A stretch of DNA of 64,000 nucleotides, taken from contig NC_082712.1 of NCBI RefSeq assembly GCF_030144855.1, positions 61,442,001 through 61,506,000 on the forward strand, given 5' to 3'. The stretch comes from Hypanus sabinus (taxonomy: Eukaryota). Of this stretch, positions 38,619 to 51,341 are shown piece after piece (positions within the stretch are counted from its first letter, which is position 1; every line of letters starts with the position of its first letter). Under the pieces are notes generated by a model. It was given only the letters and a program-made list of their open reading frames with translations, made no database searches and was not told where the DNA came from. The position numbers and the translations under genes are program-made.

Positions 38619-39297
38619 CTGAAAATAAAAAGTAAAAATTCCAATGAAGATATTTTCAGGGGCAGAAAATAAGCTGAGAGAGTCAAGCAAATCCAGGTAC
38701 AGTAGAAAAAGCTCAAATGATTAGGCTTTATTCTACAACCAAACGAGTAATGAGGGCCAGGGACAACCTGTTTTCAATTTATCCTTCTCCAGGATCCAAG
38801 CCATGGTTGAGACAACATGTTCAACATTTTACAAACTACAAATGCAAACAAGAGCACAACCAGTTTTGCCATTTCATTTAAAAAAAAACTGAACTTATCT
38901 TAAAATACAGCAATTCCTCAGAACTAATGATTTGAAAAGCCCAAGATTACATGCCTTGCTCTCTCTCACAAGCTACATTTTCAAGTCATTAAACCTATTC
39001 CTGGTAGAAGCTGAAACTGGATCAGACTGTTAGAAACCTTAATGTCAAAACTGACTCAGGGAGAAACTTTGAATTGCACGTTCACATCAACACCAAGACC
39101 CTATCCACAAAATTGTCTATTTCTTCCTCTGCTTCCGCTCCATTCATAATGAAATCCTCATCCATAGCTTTAGACTTGACTACTTCAAAGGCTTGGCCAG
39201 TCTCCTTGGTTCTACCCTATGTAAACAGAATTCTGATGAGCTTTAACTTGCACGGTGTCACTTACCCATCACTTCCATTTGTTGTAAAATAACCAGC

Positions 39298-40095
39298 TCT
39301 TGCTGTCAACATCAGTAAGACGAAAGAGCTGATTGTGGACTTCAGGAAGGGTAAGATGAAGGAACACATACCAATCCTCACAGAGGGATCAGAAGTGGAG
39401 AGAGTGAGCAGTTTCATGTTCCTGGGTGTCAAGATCTCTGAGGATCTAACCTGGTCCTAACATATTGATGTAGTTATAAAGAAGGCAAGACACCGACTAT
39501 ACTTCATTAGGAGTTTGAAGAGATTTGGTATGTCAACAAATACACTCAAAAACTTCTATAGATGTAGTGTGGAGAGCATTCTGACAGACTGCATCACTGT
39601 CTGGTATGGGGGGGGGGGGGGGGGGGCTACTGTACAGGACCGAAAAAAGCTGTAAATTTAGTCATCTGCATCTTGGGTACTAGCCTATAAAGTACCCAGG
39701 ACATTTTCAAGCGGTGTCTCAGAAAGGCAGCATCCATTATTAAGGACCTCCAGCACCCAGGGCATGTCCTTTTCTCATTGTTACCATCGGGTAAGAGGTA
39801 CAAAAGCCTGAAGGCAGACACTCAGCAATTCAGGAACAGCTTCTTCCCCTTTGCTATCTGATCCCCAATGGACATTGAATACCACCTCACTTTTAAAAAA
39901 ATATATAGTATTTCTGTTTTTGCATGATTTTAATCTATTCAATATATCTAACATATACTATATAAAGTATACTGAATAAGATTTATTTATTATTTTATTT
40001 CTTTTCTTTTATATTATGTATTGCGCTGAACTGCTGCTACTAAGTTAACAAATTTCATGTCACATGCTGGTGATAATAAACCTGATTCTAATTCT
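39298..40095 (+). mobile_element. Rex1/Babar-like LINE 3' fragment
   Basis: NISKTKELIVDFRK..FLGVKISEDLTW; tail aataaacctgattct. Confidence 0.8.
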
Positions 40096-40912
40096 TGGTA
40101 AATGGTGCTTGATTGTAAAATGCTCAGCCTTATTTTCAAACTAGTCCAAGATTTCGCTGTTTCTTAATTCCAAGTTCTTCTGTAGTTTAACAATTCTCCA
40201 GTCAACATCGCTCTAATACTTGTGGCTATGCCCTTGGTCATGAGTGTCCAAGGCTCTGGAATTTGTTCCTTAAATTCTTCTCTTTCACTGCCTCTCCTTT
40301 TTACAGAACTTCTTAACACCTACTTCTGGCCAAGCTTCTGACATCTGTTCCAAGAGTTCCCTGCACTAGGATTTCTAATTTTATCGACAAAGCTCCTACG
40401 AACTGCTTTGGGATGTTTTGGTAGTTGAATATGAATTGCTGCCAGAGAACAACAGATTGCATACATGATAGATTGGATCTTGACTGTTGTATGACATTGT
40501 ACTACATAATAATTTGGTGAGCAGTCTTCTCAAATGTGCCATCACAGGTGCAATGCAACCATTATGAAAATGAATATATTCATATTAAAAATGAGAAAAA
40601 AAATGCAAGTTAAGACTCAGACCAAAATAGATCATTACAAAAATTATATATCAGTACAAATGCTGATTTGTAGCATTGTTTTCAAGAAATTGAAAACAAA
40701 CTTGATTATTAAAAGAGTAGTGAGAATGTAGAATTTGATACAACATGGAGCAATAAAACAAAGATGCATAAATAAATGAAAAAAAGCACAAAGATCTTGG
40801 GATGAAGAGGCTTGTAGCAAGCACAAATATTGCCTGGCCTGTAAATTTGATGTAATAGCTGAAAGAATTTTTGATCAAAAAAACAAGACCACTGCAAATG
40901 GGAAACTTCAAA

Positions 40913-41100
40913 TAGGAGAAAGTCTGCAGATGCTAGAAATCCAAAACACACACAAAATGCTGGCAGTACTCAAAAGGTCATGTAGCATCTATGAAAATGA
41001 ATAAACTGCCAGCGTTTTGGATCGAGAACCTTCGGGGTTTACTCTTTTCCACAGATGCTGCCTGAACTGATGACTCCCTCCAGCATTTTGTGGGTGTTGC
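40913..41100. repeat. Inverted pair of Penelope-like terminal repeats (hairpin), TOPORS intron
   Basis: cacaaaatgctgg...agcatct pairs with agatgctg...ccagcattttgtg. Confidence 0.65.
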
Positions 41101-41444
41101 AAATGGTAAACTTCATGTTTAATGTAGGCTTTGGTAAATCACTCATTCAACATCCTATGGGAGGGGAGGGGGAGGAAAAGAGGGAAGGAGGGAGGAAAAG
41201 TCTCTGTAGATGCTGCTTGACCTGTGGATATTATATTAATTTATGGCATACACCTCTCAATTCTTTCGCTCCTCTCAACGACTCAGATTAGCCGAATTAC
41301 AGGCCTTTTCTACAATGCAACTGTGACTAAATCTAAAAGCGTAATCTACTGATTATAAAGACTTTAAAATGCCCTGACGTTTATAAAATGTAGGAAAACC
41401 AGGTTTTGTATTTTGATCCCTGCAGCCACACCTCTATATAGCAC

Positions 41445-42110
41445 AAAAATACACCTGTCCCCACACCTCCTCCCTTACCACCATTCTGGGCCCCAGACAG
41501 TCCTTCCAGGTGAGGCAACACTTCACCTGCAAGTCTGCTGGAGTTGTCTATTGCATCCGGTGCTCCTGGTGTGGCCTCCTCTACATTGGCAAGACCCGAC
41601 GCAGATTGGGGGACTGCTTCGTCGAGCACCTACGCCCTGTCCATCACAATAGACAGGACCTCCCGCTTGTCACCCACTTAAACTCTGCCTCTCATTCCCA
41701 TCTAGATATGTTCATACATGGCCTCCTTTACTGCCATGATGAGGTCAAACTCAGGTTGGAGGAGCAACACCTCAACTACCGTCTGGGTAGCCTCCAGCCT
41801 GCTGGTATGAACATTTCCGGTAATTCCCTCCCCCTATCCCAGGTCCCTCTCTGCTTCTCTCCCCTTTCAACTTTTTTTATCTCTACAGTTCTTTCATGCT
41901 TATCCCCGCCCCTCACCCCTTTATCTCTCCTCTAATTGGTTTTCCACCTGGCGCCTCTAGGCCCTACCCCTTCCCCTATCTCTATTACTGGGCTTCAGCC
42001 CTCTCTTCCCCTCCCATTCCTGATGAAGGGTCTCGGCCCAAAACGTTGGCTACTCTTTTCTCACGGATGCTGCCTGGCCTGCTGAGTTCTTCCAGCACTG
42101 TGTACGTATT
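41445..42110 (+). mobile_element. Penelope-like element 3' part: GIY-YIG endonuclease and terminal repeat with hammerhead remnant
   Basis: ORF 41510-41935 has FTCKSAGVVYCIRCSWCGLLYIGKTRRRLGDCFVEHL; ctgatga-aggg-tctcgg-ccc-aaaacgtt at 42020-42047. Confidence 0.85.
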
Positions 42111-42349
42111 CCTCTATATAACAGGCTGGACTGTTGTGTGATTCAGTGTTATTTACCTCATAACACACTCTAGCCCATTGTGCCTTTTTGGAATAGCTAG
42201 TTAATTAGAATCTACTATCTAGCTCACATTTTAACTCTAGAATTAATTGTTCTTCCAAAAAGTGAATTTGATTAAAATTTTTATGCTAAGAGCTTCTTTG
42301 GACACTTACTTCAAATCTGTTCCTTCTGTACTGTATGAAACAATAAACC

Positions 42350-42765
42350 CCAGGAACAGAATTAGGCTATTCAGCCTATTGACTCTGCTCCACTATTCCA
42401 TCATGGCTGATTTATACCCCTCTAAACCACATTCTCCCTCCTTCATTCTCCTCTGAAACCCTGACTAATCAAGAACCTATCAAACTTCGCTTTAAATGTA
42501 CCTAATGAGTTGGCCTCTACAGCCGTGTCTGTAGCAATGAATTCCTCATTGAACTCCTCAGATTCATCACCCTCTGGCTTTAGAAGTTCATTTTCACCTC
42601 CTTTAATTCTGAGGCTAGGTGTTGTGGTCCTGGACTCCCCCATTATAGGAAACATTCTCTCTATATCCACTCTATTGAAGCCTTTCAATATTTGATAGGT
42701 TTCAATGTGATCTCCCTCCACCCCATTCTTTAAGCTCTAGCTAGCATAGGCCCAAAGCTATCAAA
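42350..42765 (-). mobile_element. CR1 3' fragment
   Basis: GDHIETYQILKGFNRVDIERMFP...AVEANSLGTFKA. Confidence 0.75.
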
Positions 42766-43599
42766 AATAGTTTCTCCACATTGATCAAAACACAGTGAAT
42801 TTGAACACCTACATTATGTACAGAATTTCAAACAATAACTTAAAACTCTTTTTCAGTGTTCATGTGAACGTCTTCTAGCATTCTCTGTCACTGTGTCATC
42901 CTTCCTAAAACACAGTGGCGATAATTATAACCAATTCTCGAGAGGCCTAAACAGTAATTTGGAAAACTTTAATATATGTTTATAGCTCTTATACACAAAA
43001 ACAAGGAATTCCAAAAGAATCATATCAATTTTCTAATTAATTTAAATGCACATACATCAATCAGCTCACTTATCTTTTTGGTAATCATTACATATACCCC
43101 TCCCACCGTAGTCGACCACTCGTTTCCTTGAACCGTCATGTTGTTCCATGAGATTGTGGCTGTTGACTTTATTCACCGTAATCCCATTTATCTGCCTTTG
43201 TTAGCCCACTGAAACAAAAATAGCAATGGCAGATTTGAAATTGTGTGGGAAAAGGTTTCATATTCCTACCACGGTTAAAGGAGTATTTATGTATATCTCG
43301 TTTGGCTCGGAAAGCTCTCCACCCTTGTCTTGATCAATCAAAAAATAACATTAAATCTGTATCCTCATGTTGCTTTAAGATGTCAACAGCTTCATAGGTC
43401 TACTCTGACCGTAGTACTTCGGTCCAAATAACAGTTTTAACTGCCAGCCAGGGTCCACGGGCCTATAATCCTGGTCTGTGTCCCCCACCCATCTCAGAAC
43501 CTTACCTGCAATAGTTGCTCAGTTCTCGATTTTCCTCAGGTCCAAATTAATTTCATTTAATTTATTTTCAAATATTAAAACATTCCCCTCCACCCCCTT

Positions 43600-44091
43600 T
43601 GATTCGTTCGCGAACATTTGTTATTTTAAACCTGCTCCGGTGCCCTGCCCGCCGGCCGGAGACAGGCCTCTCAAGCGACTGCCCGTGAGGGTGTTACACC
43701 ATCACACAAGCTGAATGGATGACGGGGGCCGTCGGGACACTGGAGGACCAATTTACGACGCCGGTCCTGCGAATGCCGGAGGACCGTGCTCTTACCTCTG
43801 GAGGACCCAGTCGCTGCGCCAGGCGGAGGAATGCGGGAGGACTACAATCCGACGATCAACGTTCCCCGCGCGGTGGCCGCCGGGATACTGGAGGATCAGC
43901 GCAAGTCCAAGGCGGCGGCGGTCTTTGCCGCCACGGCTAGTCAAAGAGAAACCATGGTAACTGTGCCTCCTTAGGGCTTTTCAAACTCCCAGCCACTGCG
44001 GTTGGAGGATCGACGCAGTTTAAATCAGTCCAAGAATTTTTCTCTTTGAAAGTGGAGCTTCGTACTGGCTGAAGGGAACCTTGGGGTTATC
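43600..44091. promoter_or_regulatory. CpG-rich bidirectional promoter region of TOPORS and SMIM27
   Basis: CpG-dense block between a strong minus-strand donor (43796) and the SMIM27 ATG (44092); head-to-head arrangement as in human. Confidence 0.75.
43796..43960 (-). other. TOPORS: Probable TOPORS first exon (5' UTR; 5' limit uncertain)
   Basis: Donor CAGAG|gtaaga at 43796/43795 inside the CpG island; no in-frame ATG found. Confidence 0.55.
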
Positions 44092-44136
44092 ATGGTTCGT
44101 GTGAGTAAACGAACTCTGGAATGGATCTATTCCATT
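44092..44136 (+). CDS. SMIM27: Small integral membrane protein 27, exon 1
   Basis: atcATGG...ATT|gtaagt. MVRVSKRTLEWIYSI versus human MKPVSRRTLDWIYSV. Confidence 0.9.
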
Positions 44137-44867
44137 GTAAGTATAGAATGTAAACAACAGGTTAACAACTAGTCAGGTCGGGTCTATACCTCTGGAAATT
44201 TTTTAAGGATGAGAGGTGATCTCGGGAACGGGATTTGCCAGTGTAAACTGGAGGGTGTCTGGAGGCAGTGGTCATATCACAATGTGAGTCGTCATCCACT
44301 CGAGACTGAAATTATAAATTTCTGCCTCCAGAAGGTCGAATCTTTGGCGTTATGTACCCAAGAGATCCGTCAAGACTCAGTTGCGTGTGTATATCCAAGG
44401 TTAAGATCAATAGAGGAAATAAACGCAGAAGTAAAAGATCATAATCTCATTGAATGACAGGGACAGTAATTCAGTGTTTATATAAATTTACCATGTAAGT
44501 TGGTTTCAGCAACACCCTGCCACCACCCCCATCCAGTTTGACCCACAGTTTCTCCAGCAGATTTTTTTTTAGTGTTAGAGCAGGGAGGCTTGTTTTTCTG
44601 TTTGAAATTCCAAGACCAGTGCAGTGACTTTGGTGTTTCTGATATACATGAATGGCTTAGACAATGGGAGGTAAGATTTGTAAGTCTGTAGATGACGCAT
44701 TTGTGGTGTTGTGGACAACGAAGAGGATTACGTATCGCGGACGATGTTGACCCCCAGGAAAGTTCTGCAGAACAATGGCATTCAAAATTTAAGCCTGACA
44801 AATGTGAAGTGATGAATTTTGGAAGCTCGTGAGAGAGAATTACACAGAAAATGGTGGGGCGCTAGGG

Positions 44868-45407
44868 CAAGGGTGACGAACCTATGGAATGTACAAGAAG
44901 TTTGTCAGCACAGTGCCGCCCATCAATTTCATAAACCCCACCCATATTAACGATACATACCGATTATCTTTACTGCCCGATGAAGTAGCGAACGATTTTT
45001 TAAAACCCGACAGCAGCGGTATGTTTTCACAGGACAGTTGTGAGACCAAGTGATGTTGGATGATACGTTTTGCAATCCTTGCAGATGTGGCATACAGATC
45101 AGATTTGTATAGTAAGCGGTCACAATTATACTATTCCGAAATTATTTTGCAATTGCCTTTTTAAAAGATTTAAAGGTTTTTAAACAGGTTTCTAAAATGC
45201 TTATTTTCCCCCAATCTATTATATTAATAGTAAAAGAATGAATGCATATGAATAAGAAATAGGACTCACCATTTTTCTCCAGAAAAGTAAATAATTATTG
45301 TTAATAATTCATTAATCAATAATGATCTCTGTTCAAAATTACCATGGCACGTAAGAGAATTTTGTAGAAGGTTACTGCACAAGCTCTCAAAAAGGTTGCT
45401 ACCCCTC
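44868..45407. mobile_element. Non-autonomous hAT-like element inserted in a CR1 remnant
   Basis: Imperfect TIRs caagggtgacgaacct / aggttgctacccctc; CR1-like sequence flanks both sides (44640-44867, 45408-45640). Confidence 0.55.
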
Positions 45408-45813
45408 CTGGGTGTGTTGGTGTTGATGAACAGGATGAGGTTGAAACACAAGTTCATAGACTGTTTAAAGTAATCACACAGGTAGATAGAATGGCAAAGT
45501 AGGATATGGGATGCATGTTTATAGGATAGAAATTAAGAGCATACAGGTTGTCTTACAACTTCCTAAAACTTGGTTAGGTCACACCTGGAATAATGCGTGA
45601 ATTTCTGTTACCATTCTACAAGAAAGATAATGTCTTGAAGAGGCCATTCAGTACTTTGTGCATTGCTTGTGTAGTTTTAGCCAAATGTACCATGTGGCCC
45701 CACAGCCACAGCTTTGACCTGATATGAAATCCAGCCTTGTATGTGAAATGTTAGCGTTGCTTGATAAGGGCAAAACGAATTGTTCAGTTAAAATTCACGC
45801 ACATTGGGAAATA

Positions 45814-46012
45814 CAGGTGTCCCCCCCCCCCCTTTACAAAGCTAGAGCGTTCCTATGAAACCTTGCTTAAGCCAAAACGGTGTAAAGTGAAGAACCATTA
45901 ATTTATATGGGAAAAATTTTCATAAAAATGAAAATCCTCTTTGTAATGCGAGAACAGGTGACTAATGTAGGTCTTTTGTAAAAGCGAAGTGGCGTAAAGC
46001 GGGGGACACCTG
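45814..46012. mobile_element. Tigger/pogo-like MITE (199 bp)
   Basis: TA|caggtgtccccc...gggggacacctg|TA; same family as 59878-60445, in the opposite orientation. Confidence 0.85.
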
Positions 46013-46361
46013 TAATGCCAAAAGAATTTTGTCTATGGAAAATCAAAAAGGAAACTATAGATGTTGGAAATCTAAGATGAAAACAGAAAATGGTGGAAAT
46101 ACTCAACAGGTCAGGCCACATCTGTGTGAAGAAATAGTTAACATTTCAGGCTGAATACAGTTCATTAGAACTTGGGAGGAGACAAAAGTAGCTGGTTACC
46201 TTGCAGCTTACATATTTTTTCTGACAAGGGATCTTCAACCTGCAGCATTGACTGTTTCACTTCCCACGGATGGGGCCTGACAGAGAGTATTTCTAGTATT
46301 GTGTTTTGTTTTACATCTGTCAAATTTCATAACTGTAACAAGTGCATCTTATTTTATACAG

Positions 46362-46451
46362 ATACTCTTGGTCATTGTCTTACTTTCTTGGGGATTTGTT
46401 ATCTATGCATCCAAGATGACAGCTATTCAGTATTTGCGGAAAAATCTATAA
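46362..46451 (+). CDS. SMIM27: Small integral membrane protein 27, exon 2
   Basis: ttttatacag|ATA...TAA. ILLVIVLLSWGFVIYASKMTAIQYLRKNL* versus human LLLAIVLISWGCIIYASMVSARRQLRKK. Confidence 0.9.
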   Translation: MLLVIVLLSWGFVIYASKMTAIQYLRKNL

Positions 46452-47353
46452 CATTCTTCTTACCTGAGAATACATGTGATCAGTCATGGGCTAATCAGGC
46501 CAGGTGAGAGATCCTGGCATGAACCTTCACTTTATACAATGATGGAAGAACATGGATTAGAATCAAAATGTTGGAAGTTGGTGACACATACAGATTTGTT
46601 GTCAGCATTGCAACTGTTAACACATATTGGATGATTATCTCAGATAGCGCGTTTTTTTTGCTACTTTTCATAATCTCGCTTCAATTCTAATGTTTATATA
46701 AATATCAATAATGGGGCTCTTATCAAAGATGTTACCCTTTAATTTATTAGCCACAGATATGTAAGGAATGGAGCAAAAATCTTTCTGCAGAACAACGAAA
46801 GAGTTCCACAGAACTATCTGGATGAAGTTAAGGGCAAACTGCATAAACATTAGAAGAAAGGGGAAAAAAAAGATATGCTAATAAGGTGGAATGAAGAGTG
46901 GGTTTGGATTTATATGTAACAAACACAGGTTCAGACTATTGGGACTGAACAGCCAGTTTATCCTGGAGGAGAAAGTAGTGTGTTTGGTAAAGAAGTGCAT
47001 ATATGGAACTGATGGGAGTTGACCACAGACTGCGCATGGCATGGAGACAAAGTAAAGGTGCTGTTATGCTGCTTATCTAGAATCTAAACCGCAGCTAGAT
47101 GAGACTATGGATTTGATCTGCAGGATCTGGAACACCTCATAATGACATTACATGTATTGTAGAGGTTACTGTAATGGCTAATGAAGAATTAGAAGTGGTG
47201 TAATTAAAACAGTTATTTCCATATTGAACATAAATATGATTGGTTTATTTTTTGTAATTGGGATATACTTATTGTTGTATATTTAATGTAAATCTGTTTA
47301 CAGTTGGGTATATACGTTGCGATTTTTTTACTTACCAAAGTTAAATTTAACTA

Positions 47354-47359
47354 AATAAA
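47354..47359 (+). terminator. Candidate SMIM27 poly(A) signal
   Basis: AATAAA in an AT-rich tract followed by T-rich sequence. Confidence 0.4.
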
Positions 47360-47722
47360 GTGAAATTAAAAATAGTTTTGATATCTGTTAACCAAGTCTC
47401 AAGTTTTTTTTCCTTTACACACTAGGTCCCCTGCCACAGTAAATTGCTTCACTGCATTTAACCAATTTTATTTTAGATATTTTTCTAGATCTTGAGTTTA
47501 AGTTGAAGGTATGTTTGCCTGTAATTGAGCCATTTAAAGTCAGGGATGCAGATGACAGCAGTAAACTCACAGGGTGAAGTTAAGAAACGAGTGATTGTGT
47601 TCCGAATACTGGTAAATCAGTATTTTAATGATAAATAAGTCATTCAAAAAGGAACAGCTGCATTTGTGTCTTTCGTTTGAAGTTAATCATATACCATTTA
47701 CATCAGATGCCAACATGAGCCT

Positions 47723-47791
47723 TTAATGCTTTGGATGCTCATCTTCGACAAGTGGTGGAATCACTTCTCCAGTTTCCAAAACTGTGTCACC
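47723..47791 (-). CDS. NDUFB6: NADH:ubiquinone oxidoreductase subunit B6, exon 4
   Basis: ttcag|GGT...TAA; GDTVLETGEVIPPLVEDEHPKH*. Confidence 0.95.
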   Translation of the reverse strand, partial: GDTVLETGEVIPPLVEDEHPKH

Positions 47792-48714
47792 CTGAAGGAA
47801 CAAACCAATTGATTTAACCTCAGTGAAGAAATGATTCATTGTCAGTCACTAATGCTACATAGGCTTTATAACAGAGGCTGCAAGTCACTCTTATGAAATT
47901 CAGCACCACTGAATTAAACGACGTTTCATAATGCAATGTTCATCCAATCTACATATTGCTTCTGTAGAGATAACATAAGCATGGATCTTTCAATGCAGCT
48001 GTAATATTTAGCTCATTTAATCCCCACTGTGCATGAAAGCGCAGTGTATGTTATTCTTAATAGAAATATGCTCAGTTGTTGAGCATTTTCAACCTTTGGT
48101 TTCTGATCTAACATTTCTGCCACTCTGTAATCACAACTCAAAAGCTTATACCCTTAGTTTGATTTTCACTTATTTTCATTGCACCAAAATATATGATTTA
48201 CATGGTTAACATAACAGCAAAGTGCATTATTTGACATTGTTTCTCATCCACACTACAGTATACTTAAAGTAAATTAAAAACTGTATTTTTTCCACAGGAA
48301 ATAGGTTTAAATTCCAAAATACAAGTACATTTTTCAAGCATATTCAGGAAAATACCCTGAAATATGTGCCTCTAATCTTCAGACATTATTCCCCGATTTT
48401 AGAGTCAGTCGATGTCAGAAATAGTTTCAGACATCTGTCATATCAGACCCCATCAATATAGGAAATTTTTTATAAATTCACTACTTGATCTAGGGAATAT
48501 AATCTTGGTCCTTGCCACTTTTCTTTATAATTTAATTTTTTTGGAATCCAGGTTTCATTCTGATAGATCTACACTGCATACTCCAAAGTATATGTATCTT
48601 TCCCAAGAGTGTGCTCAGAATATAATGGCCTACTTAGAACACAAGTGTTGGGTGTCTGATTTCTAATCAAGAGAATAGGAGCATCACCAGGCCAATCAAA
48701 CTTGTCTCGCCATT

Positions 48715-48983
48715 CATGGTAGTGTAGTGGTTTGCACAAACTTTACAGTACAAGGAACCCAGTTCAATTCCTGCTGTTGTCTGTAAGGAGTTTGTATGTT
48801 CTCCCTGTGACCACGTGAGTTTCCTCCTGGTGCTTTGGTTTCCTTCCACAGTCCAAAGATATACTGGTTGGTAGGTTAATTGGTTATTGTAAATTGTCAT
48901 GTGGTTAGGAGAGGACTAAATCAGCGATTGCTGGGCGGCATGGCTCAATGGGCTGGAAGAGCCTATTCCGTGCTGTATCTCTC
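48715..48983 (+). mobile_element. V-SINE (HE1-like)
   Basis: Colinear with the 15584 copy. Confidence 0.75.
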
Positions 48984-50095
48984 TACAAATCTGAATTGAA
49001 GAAATGAGGGTTATGGGAAAATGACACACCATAGATGAGTCCTGATCTTGTCTGTCTGTGTGTGTCTCACTCTCTAGAGAGAGTGAGGGGCGGGGGTGGA
49101 AAAGAGAGGCAGAGACGAGAGATCAGGGCTCATCTCAAGTCCCGATCTTGTCTGTCTCTCAATAGAGATACAAAGATCAGAGCTGTTAATCCTCAATTCT
49201 TCGATTCGCCTTTAATATTTCTGATAATCTTTTCTCCACCACCCTTTGGAACAAACATTCACAGCCCTCAGAAAAGGAATTTTATATGACCAGTCCTAGT
49301 CAAAGGTCTAAACTGTCTAGCCTCTCCAGGTAGCACAACCTAGTTTTCTTGATGTAATGCAGTATAATTTGAGCCAGATTTTTTTTTGTATGGACTTCTG
49401 ATTCCACTTCCACTGTCTTTTTCAGCACACTTGTTCAACTTCTCTAATGAAGGTACCCCAAGTAAAATTCTATTCACAAAAATTACCCTAGCTTACCTTG
49501 TACAAATTAGGTAATATGTCAACAGAATGTTTGGCACATGTAAATACCATAATCATTCTTATCAATTACTTCATCAGACACCTTCACATCCAGAGGCCCC
49601 ATGACTCACATAACCACTGTGTGGGAAGAATCTTGCAAACAAGCAAGAATGAATCAGACACATCTTCAGTTGCAAATATCTGATAGGATGATAGGACATT
49701 CCTTGGAGAGCTGCTGTTTTTTCTAATCATTCCAGTTCTTGAAATGTGATGGGAGAGTGTGATCTGCACATTGCTATAAGGTGGCATTCAGCTTCACAAA
49801 GTGGCTCAGGCCTTGCTTGCCTTATATTAACAAGCTCAGGATATGAAAAGATGTACTCCTTAGCCATTGATATGCTATGACTAGAAAATAATTTCTTTTC
49901 TGGTATTTCATTTCTCATTATCTCTGTATTTTTCTATCTGTGGGGATTTCACAGATTCCATTTTGGATTTCCACTGCCTGACTTTCCATCTCTCCTTTGC
50001 ATCAAGTTACCATTTCTCAGCTGAAGTTAAATTTGTGTAATTTCAGAGAAGATGCACAATTGAATTTGTTAACTCAATCCACTAGTGTAACTTAC

Positions 50096-50140
50096 TGGAA
50101 AAATCCTGGGCTTCACATCTACAATACCATATGGTTTGGC
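50096..50140 (-). CDS. NDUFB6: NDUFB6 exon 3
   Basis: cacag|GCC...CCA|gtaag; 45 nt; AKPYGIVDVKPRIFP. Confidence 0.95.
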
Positions 50141-51341
50141 CTGTGAAATAAAAACAGATTTAAGATAGATAACATTTTGGCTCTGAGAAATCAAATTAAA
50201 TGCAAACATTAAGAAAGCAAGCATCAAGTATAACTCAACAATTCAAATGTTTCAAGATAATTCAGTAATGAACATCAAGGACCCACAAGGGGATATTAGG
50301 AGAGTGACTTAAAGCATAGACAAAGAAGTAGGGTTTAAAGGATCCCCCTAAAAATGAAAGAGGCACAAGGTTAAGAGATGTTAGGGTCTTGGCAGCAAAA
50401 ACCCCAGTCACTTTTTTTTTGGTTGTTCAGAGAAGTTTCTTAAGACTGCTTTTGAATACCAATAGGAAGAATATAAAATTCATTGAAAAGAATTTTGTGC
50501 ATTCCTTTCAATTACTGGTTCTGGTACTGTATGTTTCCTTTGCATTTTTGTCTTTCTCACAAGAAATTAGATGGATGCAAGAGTAAGTGGAAAATGGGAA
50601 AGAGGCTGTATTATGGATGTTTGACTATGATGTTGTGGGGTGTTCTTGATGACCAGCTGGCCTTTTCATACCCAACACTTTTATATGTCCTGATTTGTCT
50701 TTCTTGTGAGACTAGATGAAGAGTACAAGGACCACTTGTAATTCTTTATCACAGTAATTTCTATCTTCACAGTTCACATGGTTACAGATTCTCAGTGTAT
50801 CAGATATTAATATGGGTTGATATGGATTCAGATGTTAATATTCAGAGTAACCTATTGTCTTTGCCAGATCAAAGTTAGAGGTCCTTTGTTTGTATATGAA
50901 GGGAATAAAGTCCATTTTAGCGACTAGAATAGGGAGGACCTCAATGCAGACAGCAGCAACACACTGCCATAACGATAGAAATACACCACCTAACCCTTCA
51001 ACATAAATATCAGTTAAGAGTTGGCCTTTATAACTGTTTTTATCCAGTCAGTTCTGAACTACTAGCCCATATGTGTATAATTTTTCTAACTTTGCTCCAT
51101 TTGGACCTTAGAACAGCTGAGGAGAAACCCCTAATATTTTTGTGTCATTATCTACACCACAGACAACAATTAAATAAATAACAACTTGATATCACTTTAT
51201 TTTCAAGTTAACTTTTGATATTTCTTTATTTGTAAGGTCTTGCTGTGCATAAATTGGCAGCTGCATTTCCAACATTACAACCATTTAACAAGAACTTTAT
51301 TTGGTACAAAGCATTTTGGGAATTCCCGACAAATGCTAAAG

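Noticed and set aside
38619-38690. N-terminal 24 aa of the 1071-aa ORF as part of TOPORS
   Set aside because: It begins at a non-ATG codon and spans the polypyrimidine tract and acceptor; it is intronic.
43951-43962. Plus-strand ATG-only exon (accATG|gtaact) for SMIM27
   Set aside because: A single motif without support; a complete conserved exon 1 already exists at 44092.
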